NCBI GenBank assembly: GCA_963694385.1
Contig: CAVOCY010000002.1
Coordinates: 2,208 to 66,207 of the forward strand
Direction: 5' to 3'
Length of the DNA: 64,000 nt
Source: Candidatus Altimarinota bacterium
Lineage (GTDB): Bacteria > Patescibacteriota > Gracilibacteria > Peribacterales > Peribacteraceae
Below are positions 48,716-55,010 of this stretch, in pieces; within the stretch, counting starts at the first letter, position 1; each line of letters starts with the position of its first letter. The position numbers were made by a program, and so were the translations under genes. Under the pieces are notes generated by a model. That model did no database searches and was not told the DNA's origin. It saw nothing but the letters and a program-made list of their open reading frames with translations.

Positions 48716-49318
48716 TAGTGTGAGGATGATGGGTTGATGGATCATATAGATTAGCAGGGCATGACGACTAGGGAAGGTGATTAGTGATTGGTGATTGGTG
48801 ATTCGTGATCGAAGATTATTTCGAATATACAGATAGTGGCCGAGACCTGCGCCGATCATCATCAGGCCAAACCAAGGGAGGAGAGGGTAGTAGTCGAGAG
48901 TGGGGAGTGGAGCAGATAGGGTTGGAGCTAGGGTTAGGAGGGCTATCCCTATCAGGATATTTAATTCTTTAAGGCGCTTCAGAAGTATCAAAAGTAACAT
49001 GCCTAGCCCAATACAATGCAGGATGCCGAAGTAGATGAAGGTTGTAGGATCATAGGCGTAGGTAACAACCGAAATCAGAAGTGCACATGCGAGTACGATC
49101 AGAGACCTTTTCAATGGCTTGCTTGAAAAGTTTGTAGCGATACCGGATACAATCAAAAATAGTGAAGCAGTGACAATGCGAAATACTTCCCATGCTTCTC
49201 CGTATAAATCTATCTGCCAATCGTAAAATGCCCAGAGGTCGTATGCAGTGTGATAAACGACCATGAAGATGATGGCGATGGTTCTTAGGAGATCTATTTC
49301 AGTTATACGAGTATTCAT
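48692..49318 (-). CDS. DUF1624/HGSNAT-like membrane acyltransferase-family protein
   Basis: N-terminal EIDLLRTIAIIFMVVYH and a polytopic body. The start is set at ATG 49318, because the longer ORF only translates the heptamer repeat. Confidence 0.65.
   Translation of the reverse strand: MNTRITEIDLLRTIAIIFMVVYHTAYDLWAFYDWQIDLYGEAWEVFRIVTASLFLIVSGIATNFSSKPLKRSLIVLACALLISVVTYAYDPTTFIYFGILHCIGLGMLLLILLKRLKELNILIGIALLTLAPTLSAPLPTLDYYPLLPWFGLMMIGAGLGHYLYIRNNLRSRITNHQSLITFPSRHALLIYMIHQPIILTLLGLLYAI
48776..48810. repeat. tandem heptamer (N)GTGATT x5 inside the DUF1624 gene
   Basis: GGTGATT AGTGATT GGTGATT GGTGATT CGTGATC, read directly from the sequence. Confidence 0.9.
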
Positions 49319-49325
49319 AGGCAAA

Positions 49326-49371
49326 TTAACAGTTAACAATTAACAGGTTAACAGTTAATGGTTAATAGTTA
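49326..49371. repeat. tandem heptamer TTAACAG, about 6.5 degenerate copies, filling an intergenic gap
   Basis: TTAACAG TTAACAA TTAACAG GTTAACAG TTAATGG TTAATAG TTA. Confidence 0.9.
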
Positions 49372-49775
49372 TTTTTTTTAGGCCATAGCATCATTGTACT
49401 GACAACGAGCAAGAACATCACGACAACTCTAAGCAATGGTAAGAATGGTGCTAAGAAGCTAAGGCTTAAGCTAATACCAAACAGTGATAGGGGAATCAGA
49501 AGGCATGCAGGGCAGAGAAGTGTGACGATACCGAGGCTTCCTGCAACGGTTGACGCACGCTTTGCACCTACGGGACATGTGCCTTGCTTTAGGCGAAAGA
49601 ACACGAGTCCGCTATCAAAAGAGAGGAGAGCGATAAGAACGGCGGTATAGATTAATTCAAGTTGTGTTGGTTCTGGTCGTGGGAGCGCACTAAGAATCCA
49701 TGCAAAAAATGCTCCAAGTCCAATTGTGGATAGTATCAATGGACGCCAGAAGTTTTTGGAATGCAGAAATGTCAT
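49362..49775 (-). CDS. hypothetical four-helix membrane protein with intramembrane CPAC (CxxC) motif
   Basis: Four hydrophobic segments. Motifs are GTCPVG in a loop and LLCPACLLIP in helix 3. It starts 4 nt after the upstream stop. Confidence 0.55.
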   Translation of the reverse strand: MTFLHSKNFWRPLILSTIGLGAFFAWILSALPRPEPTQLELIYTAVLIALLSFDSGLVFFRLKQGTCPVGAKRASTVAGSLGIVTLLCPACLLIPLSLFGISLSLSFLAPFLPLLRVVVMFLLVVSTMMLWPKKNNY

Positions 49776-49779
49776 GAAT

Positions 49780-50004
49780 TTATGATGCTTCGATATTGCA
49801 GAAAGGGCAACCAGTACATTCGCTCTTTGAACAATCGCTGGTTCCGTTGCAGCCTTCTTTCTTACAGAGTTCCTCTGCTGGGCAGAAGTAATTGTTAGCA
49901 GAAGCAAGTTCCCCGTTTTTACTGAGGTACATTGTGTAACCAGCAGTCATGACAACAATAGCCAGAACTACGGCAAACCATGGTGATTCCAAAACTGTTT
50001 TCAT
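49780..50004 (-). CDS. small N-terminally anchored Cys-rich peptide (74 aa, 7 Cys in the last 32 residues)
   Basis: TM segment WFAVVLAIVVMTAGYTMYL, followed by CPAEELCKKEGCNGTSDCSKSECTGCPFC. Confidence 0.55.
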   Translation of the reverse strand: MKTVLESPWFAVVLAIVVMTAGYTMYLSKNGELASANNYFCPAEELCKKEGCNGTSDCSKSECTGCPFCNIEAS

Positions 50005-50011
50005 CACTACT

Positions 50012-50020
50012 ATTATATCA
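50012..50020 (-). promoter_or_regulatory. extended -10 element TGATATAAT (minus strand), ending 7 nt before ATG 50004
   Basis: Read on the minus strand from 50020 to 50012. The geometry would give a leaderless transcript. Confidence 0.35.
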
Positions 50021-50076
50021 TAAATATTACTTTAGCAGAAATATGGAGCCAAGTAGTGCAATGCGTATTACAGTGC

Positions 50077-53025
50077 TTATTTACGCTTTTTACGGCGTAT
50101 CCAACTAAAGCCTGCTGCGGCACCCGCTCCTATCACTGCTACAGCAGCAGGCCCTGTATCACCTGCAGGTCCTTGTGTAGCTATAAGAGGTTGCAATTGT
50201 GCTAAGGGTAATTGATATGGAAGTTGCTGGTAAGTTGGATATTGTGGGAAGTTATATTGTTGATATTTCTGGAAATCAGCTGCAATTTTTTCTTGTGGTG
50301 TTTGAATCTCTGATGCGCGTTCTTTTTCTGCAGCTACCTGTGTGTTTTCTGTTCTACAGAAACGGTCACATCCATCATTATTAAGGCGGTTGCCGTCATC
50401 ACACAGTTCTACAGAATCAATGACACTGTCACCACAGCGACTCAGGCTACAGTTGGGTCGACACACCGCATCTGGGGAAGAGGAGTTCTTTTTTCCTTCA
50501 TCGCACTCTTCACCAGGATCAGTGGTTTCATCACCACAGGTCAGAGAGACAAAGCGGCAGTTGCTACATTGGTAGGAGAGGCTTTTGTCATGGGTAGCGT
50601 TTTCACACTGTTCTCCGAGCAGGCTCTGCACGATGCCATCTCCACAGATACCGATTTCCAGTAGACAGGTAGAGTTACAGCCGTCACGGTCTCTACGGTT
50701 TCTGTCGTCACATTCTTCCGGAGGTTCCAACGTTCCATTCCCACAAATAGGGGCTGAGGCGATAAGAGATTCAGTTGCAACAATACTGTCTGGAGTGCTG
50801 TCATCATCACTATCCTCATCACTCTCATCCTCATCACTATCCTCATCACTATCCTCATCACTCTCATCCTCATCACTATCCTCATCACTCTCATCCTCAT
50901 CGGTATCACTAGTCTCACTTGATGCACTGGGAATCGAAAGCGTGATAGAGAGCGCTGATGATCGGAATACACTAATGTGTGAAGATGAAGAAGATTCAAA
51001 GGACACGGATGAAAGTTCACTGAAAATAGTTGTAGATGAAGAAGATGATGGGGACGAAGACGATGACGAAGAAGACGAAGAAGACGAAGAGCTTGATACT
51101 TCTACCCCTTCTCTTTTACATTCTTCATCACAGCCATCGCCGCTTTGTGGTTCACAGGTTCCTCCATAATTTTCACACGCTATATTGGATATTGAATCTC
51201 TACTTCGAGGATTTGACCAGTAGAAGTGGCAATCTCTTCCTTCATATCGTTCCCCTCTAGGACTTTGAATATCGACACACTTTGCGCCGTTATCACATTC
51301 TTCTTCGTGCCCTTCCAGTTTTCTATAGTTTCCAAAATGATCAGTCTCCGAATTATCGACGATGCCGTCTCCACAGAGAGGATTTTTACAAGATTCGCGA
51401 CATTGGGCATTTCCATTTCCTATTTGATTTTGTCCGGGGTCACATTCTTCATCCGGCCAGCCGGGTACATCGGAATCTAGAGTGCCATTTCCACACTGCA
51501 CTTGTCCGGATTTACACGTAGCCGAGCAATAGTTTTCTCCCCACTGTGCTTCATGCACATTGCTTTTGGTACGGCAAAAGTCACCGTCGCCACAACAGGT
51601 ACTTCTTTTGGATGGAGGACACTCGTTACAAGACTCCTCGCTAAAATGACAAATAGAGCCAAGATCACACTCTTCTCCACCTTCTACAGCACCATTACCA
51701 CAGACTGGAACAGTACACTGATTGGAGCATCCATCACCGTCATCTCGGTTTCCATCGTCACATTCTTCATCGTCTGCTGTACCGCGTTCGAGGTCCATTC
51801 CTGAGTTTTGTCGAACACCATCTCCACACCAGCTTGCCTGGCAGTTTCCGTTCCAGCAGAGCACACTGATTCCATCGTCATTATTCGTAATGCACGTATG
51901 TGTGGAAGGATCATTCGTATCGAAATTTCTTCCTTGGCCACAGTCACATTGTTCCTGAAGGCCACTTCCAGGATTATTGGTGTTATCAATAACTCCATCT
52001 CCGCAGAACCAGTTTTCACAATTTGTTCGGCAGGCATTTTTTTCTGTATCTGAATTATCGTCACTATCATCACATTCTTCTCCACTTTGCTTTATCCCAT
52101 CGCCACAGGAGGGGAGTTTGCAATCGTTCGAACATCCATCAGTATCATTCGTATTACCATCATCACATTCTTCATCTCCTTCTTTCGCGCCGTTTCCACA
52201 TTCGGGATCCACTTCACACTTTGATGCTTCGCATGGCGTATACCCATCTGAGCATTGACCATCTTTACAAATGGCAATGTCACATTTCTTGGCACAACCT
52301 GTTGAAAAATCTTCCCATGCAAAGCATTCTGAACAATTGGTCGGAGGACAATTTTCATCTGAAGAACAACTTTGGATAGAATTTTTGCTCGCAGCAGAAC
52401 TACTTCGTGTTATCAGGCTACTAGAGCTGTTTTGATTACTCTCATTACTCTCATTACTCTCATTACTCTCATTACTCTTATTACTCTCATTACTCTTATT
52501 ACTCTCATTACTCTCATTACTCTTATTACTCTCATTACTCTCATTACTCTCATTACTCTTATTACTCTCATTACTCTTATTACTCTCATTACTCTCATTA
52601 CTCTCATTACTCTCATTACTCTCATTACTTGCAGCACTTTGACTACTTGCAGCTTCACTACTACCGCCTATGTCTCCTGCGTCCCCGTCATCACCATTGT
52701 CTCCTGTGTCCCCGTCATCACCATTGTCTCCTGTGTCCCCAGCTCCTCCACCATCACTCCCTCCACCATCATTTCCATCGCATGGTAAGGGAAAGTACTG
52801 ACAATACCCCTCATTGCCATTTCGAATCCAGCAATAATCTGCTGTACAGGAGTCTCCATCATCACATGATGCAATACTAGCTATATCTCCAGGACAACAT
52901 TCTCCAGTAATGAATTCACAAATATTATCAAGAACACCCACTTGTCCAAGTTGAGAGATGCTCACAGTAGATACTATCACTACAAGAATTACAAGAATGC
53001 CGACTCTGTCAAACATGTTACGCAT
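50077..53025 (-). CDS. giant secreted cysteine-rich-repeat protein (about 980 aa) with low-complexity repeat tracts and a C-terminal hydrophobic anchor plus basic tail
   Basis: N-terminal signal or anchor. It has about a dozen modules of the form CG(D/N)G...(E)ECDDGN...DGC...C (Myxococcus-type cysteine-rich repeat pattern). Low-complexity tracts are (SNE/SNK)n, poly-Ser and (DEDSDEDES)n. The C-terminus is GPAAVAVIGAGAAAGFSWIRRKKRK. The start is ATG 53025 or 53016 (the ORF opens with TTG at 53079). Confidence 0.85.
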   Translation of the reverse strand: MRNMFDRVGILVILVVIVSTVSISQLGQVGVLDNICEFITGECCPGDIASIASCDDGDSCTADYCWIRNGNEGYCQYFPLPCDGNDGGGSDGGGAGDTGDNGDDGDTGDNGDDGDAGDIGGSSEAASSQSAASNESNESNESNESNESNKSNESNKSNESNESNESNKSNESNESNKSNESNKSNESNESNESNESNQNSSSSLITRSSSAASKNSIQSCSSDENCPPTNCSECFAWEDFSTGCAKKCDIAICKDGQCSDGYTPCEASKCEVDPECGNGAKEGDEECDDGNTNDTDGCSNDCKLPSCGDGIKQSGEECDDSDDNSDTEKNACRTNCENWFCGDGVIDNTNNPGSGLQEQCDCGQGRNFDTNDPSTHTCITNNDDGISVLCWNGNCQASWCGDGVRQNSGMDLERGTADDEECDDGNRDDGDGCSNQCTVPVCGNGAVEGGEECDLGSICHFSEESCNECPPSKRSTCCGDGDFCRTKSNVHEAQWGENYCSATCKSGQVQCGNGTLDSDVPGWPDEECDPGQNQIGNGNAQCRESCKNPLCGDGIVDNSETDHFGNYRKLEGHEEECDNGAKCVDIQSPRGERYEGRDCHFYWSNPRSRDSISNIACENYGGTCEPQSGDGCDEECKREGVEVSSSSSSSSSSSSSSSPSSSSSTTIFSELSSVSFESSSSSHISVFRSSALSITLSIPSASSETSDTDEDESDEDSDEDESDEDSDEDSDEDESDEDSDDDSTPDSIVATESLIASAPICGNGTLEPPEECDDRNRRDRDGCNSTCLLEIGICGDGIVQSLLGEQCENATHDKSLSYQCSNCRFVSLTCGDETTDPGEECDEGKKNSSSPDAVCRPNCSLSRCGDSVIDSVELCDDGNRLNNDGCDRFCRTENTQVAAEKERASEIQTPQEKIAADFQKYQQYNFPQYPTYQQLPYQLPLAQLQPLIATQGPAGDTGPAAVAVIGAGAAAGFSWIRRKKRK
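50801..50903. repeat. in-frame tandem repeats encoding the acidic (DEDSDEDES)n tract
   Basis: Reiterated ATCCTCATCACT(A/C)TC-type units, read directly from the sequence. Confidence 0.85.
51035..51091. repeat. GAAGA(C/T)-type triplet reiteration encoding a poly-Ser run on the minus strand
   Basis: Read directly from the sequence. Confidence 0.8.
52435..52629. repeat. about 21 tandem copies of the 9-mer ATTACTCT(C/T), encoding (SNE/SNK)n
   Basis: A near-perfect 9-nt periodicity over 195 nt. Confidence 0.95.
52671..52740. repeat. 27-nt tandem repeat, 2.6 copies, encoding GDTGDNGDD units
   Basis: TGTCTCCTG(C/T)GTCCCCGTCATCACCAT repeated. Confidence 0.9.
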
Positions 53026-53073
53026 ATAAGTATTTAAATTATAGCAAATTATTAAAAATAAATTTCTTGCCAA

Positions 53074-53100
53074 TAACAAAAAACCCCGTATACACGGGGT
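53074..53100 (-). terminator. intrinsic terminator after rplL
   Basis: On the minus strand: ACCCCGT-GTAT-ACGGGGT followed by TTTTTGTTA. Confidence 0.75.
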
Positions 53101-53121
53101 TTGATGATAATCAGCTTGTGA

Positions 53122-53529
53122 CTATTTGAGGGTTACCGTTGCACCGGCATCCTCAAGCTTTTTCTTCATCTCTTCAGCCTCGTCTTTTGGAACACCTTCC
53201 TTGATTACCTTAGGTGCGCTATCAACTGCGGCCTTAGCTTCGCCAAGAGGGAGACCTGTGATCTCGCGCACTGCCTTAATAGCAGCGATCTTCTGATCAC
53301 CAGCACCTGTGAGCTCTACATCGTAGTTGCTCTTTTCTTCAGCACCGCCTGCGTCTCCGCCTGCTGGTGCCCCTGCTGCCACCGCGACTGGTGCAGCTGC
53401 AGAGATGCCGTACTCTTCCTCCATGAACTTCACTACGTTGTTAAGCTGTACAACGTTGAGTTTCTCGACTGCGTCGATAACGGTTTTCTCCTCTTTGGAG
53501 AGTTCGATTGTTGTTGTGTCATCAGCCAT
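53122..53529 (-). CDS. rplL: 50S ribosomal protein L7/L12
   Basis: An N-terminal dimerisation helix, an Ala/Gly/Pro hinge, and a C-terminal domain ending [13 protein letters not shown]. Confidence 0.95.
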   Translation of the reverse strand: MADDTTTIELSKEEKTVIDAVEKLNVVQLNNVVKFMEEEYGISAAAPVAVAAGAPAGGDAGGAEEKSNYDVELTGAGDQKIAAIKAVREITGLPLGEAKAAVDSAPKVIKEGVPKDEAEEMKKKLEDAGATVTLK

Positions 53530-53559
53530 GATGGATTAGGGGAATAAAATAAATCGAAA

Positions 53560-54228
53560 TTAAGATTCAGTATCTTCTGATTCAGCAGGAGCTGCCGCAT
53601 CAGTCTTTGGTTCTTCAGTAGTTGGAGCCTCTTCTTCTGCAGCAGGCGCTGCTTCCTCCGCTGGTTCTGCTGGAGTCTCTGGTGTTTTTACTTCATCTTT
53701 TACGAAACCTCCTTTGTCTGCCATCTGATCTAGTGCACGTGCGAATCCTCCAAGTGGAGAAGTACACATGCTAGCAAAGCTGACAAGTGGTGAGTTAAGT
53801 ATACCGACAAACATACCAAGGAGCTGCTGTCGTCCTGGCATCTTCGCAAGCTCCATAGATTCTTCTGCAGTCAAAAGCTTTCCATCAAATACACCACCTA
53901 CAAGTGTAACCTTGTCGTGGTCTTTACTAAACTTAAATGCTGCCTGAGCACCAGAGAGAGGATCGTCATAACTCATAATACAAGCGATAGGACCATCAAT
54001 TTCTTTTGGTTCGATATCAGGCAATCCTGCTTCTTTAAATGCGAGCTTAACGAGTGTCTTTTTCATAACCTTCATCTCGGCACCGTTTTCACGAAGTTGA
54101 TTACGGAGATCACTTACATCACCAACATTAAGTCCGATAAAGTGACTAAACATCACAGACTTTGCGTCCTTGAGTTTGGTTGTAAGATCTTTAATCTGAG
54201 CGGTCTTTTGATCCTTAGTGAGTGCCAT
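53560..54228 (-). CDS. rplJ: 50S ribosomal protein L10 with ~45-aa acidic Pro/Ala/Glu-rich C-terminal extension
   Basis: MALTKDQKTAQIKDLTTKLKDAKSVMFSHFIGLNVGDVSDLRNQLRENGAEMKVMKKTL. The start is set at ATG 54228, since the 72 codons upstream of it in the ORF look non-coding. Confidence 0.9.
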   Translation of the reverse strand: MALTKDQKTAQIKDLTTKLKDAKSVMFSHFIGLNVGDVSDLRNQLRENGAEMKVMKKTLVKLAFKEAGLPDIEPKEIDGPIACIMSYDDPLSGAQAAFKFSKDHDKVTLVGGVFDGKLLTAEESMELAKMPGRQQLLGMFVGILNSPLVSFASMCTSPLGGFARALDQMADKGGFVKDEVKTPETPAEPAEEAAPAAEEEAPTTEEPKTDAAAPAESEDTES

Positions 54229-54410
54229 GGTACGAAATGGAAAATGGAAAGTGGAAAGTGTTCTAGCGAAAGTCGCCAGTCTTCCGGGACAACCGGGAGA
54301 CCAGCGAGGTAAACGACACGACTCAGCAAGCCTAAGCCGACTGAACGATGCTGTATACCTCGGAGAGACTAATTTGGGGCCATCAGCCTTGCGCCCTCGG
54401 TCTTCGGTCG
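54229..54410 (-). promoter_or_regulatory. long GC-rich 5' leader of rplJ (candidate L10-leader-type autoregulatory RNA)
   Basis: A ~180-nt untranslated region lies between the candidate promoter and the ATG. It contains local hairpins such as CCGG-GACAA-CCGG. I have not verified a match to a family model. Confidence 0.3.
54237..54260. repeat. tandem heptamer (A/G)TGGAAA, 3.4 copies, immediately upstream of the rplJ start codon
   Basis: ATGGAAA ATGGAAA GTGGAAA GTG. This is the same unit as the valS repeat at 40874. Confidence 0.9.
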
Positions 54411-54416
54411 ATAGGG

Positions 54417-54444
54417 ATTTTAATGCAAAGTTTTGTTTTAGCAA
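54417..54444 (-). promoter_or_regulatory. candidate rplJ promoter TTGCTA-N16-TAAAAT (minus strand)
   Basis: -35 at 54444-54439 and -10 at 54422-54417. Confidence 0.4.
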
Positions 54445-54461
54445 GAAAATACGTCTATATT
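54433..54461 (+). promoter_or_regulatory. candidate dtd promoter TTGTTT-N17-TATATT, leaderless geometry
   Basis: The -10 ends 7 nt before ATG 54469. It overlaps the divergent rplJ promoter. Confidence 0.4.
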
Positions 54462-54468
54462 TTTGTAT

Positions 54469-54912
54469 ATGCGCCTACTACTTCAAAAAGTTACAGAAGC
54501 CTCTGTGTCAGTGGACACCGAAATTATTGGTCAAATAGGTGAAGGATATCTCCTCTTCTTAGGGATTCTCCGTGGAGATACCTCTGCTCAGGCAGAACTC
54601 TTGGCACAGAAGATTGTTAATGTCCGCCTTTTTGATGGTAAAGATGGCAAGATTAATGATCAATCCATTATTGATATCAGTGGAAATATCCTCGTGGTTT
54701 CGCAATTTACACTGGCCGGAAGACTCGAAAAGGGGAATAGGCCCGATTACAGCCAGGCAGCTCCGCCAGAAGATGCGAAAGTGCTCTATGAGTATTTCAT
54801 CAGGAAACTTGAACAATTGGGCGTTTTAAACGTCGAAAACGGGGAGTTTGGAGCGCATATGGATGTGAGCCTTATAAATGATGGACCTGTCACGTTAATA
54901 ATCGAACGCTAA
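54469..54912 (+). CDS. dtd: D-aminoacyl-tRNA deacylase
   Basis: SQFTLAG and GAHMDVSLINDGPVTLIIE signatures. Confidence 0.93.
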   Translation: MRLLLQKVTEASVSVDTEIIGQIGEGYLLFLGILRGDTSAQAELLAQKIVNVRLFDGKDGKINDQSIIDISGNILVVSQFTLAGRLEKGNRPDYSQAAPPEDAKVLYEYFIRKLEQLGVLNVENGEFGAHMDVSLINDGPVTLIIER

Positions 54913-55010
54913 ACTTCGGCTAAAACTGGCCAAAAACGGCTTAGAATGGCCAAAAAATGTGAACGATAGCCCTAGGCAGAGGACGTGCACCTCCTTAGAA
55001 TAGACATCTA

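Noticed and set aside
52435-52629. Possible CRISPR array
   Set aside because: The units are only 9 nt long and contiguous, with no spacers. They are in frame within a coding sequence. No cas genes are present.
52372-52788. Plus-strand ORFs with ITLITLITL or MRVMRVIRV-type translations, and many other ORFs within 50.2-52.9 kb on both strands
   Set aside because: These are frame artefacts of the tandem repeats and of the Cys-rich gene's biased composition. They lie in alternative frames or antisense to a clearly coding 980-aa gene.
54229-54444. 72-codon N-terminal extension of the rplJ ORF (53560..54444)
   Set aside because: The canonical L10 N-terminus MALTKDQK begins at 54228. The upstream part is Arg/Pro/Ser-rich, looks non-coding, and contains the heptamer repeat and the candidate promoter.
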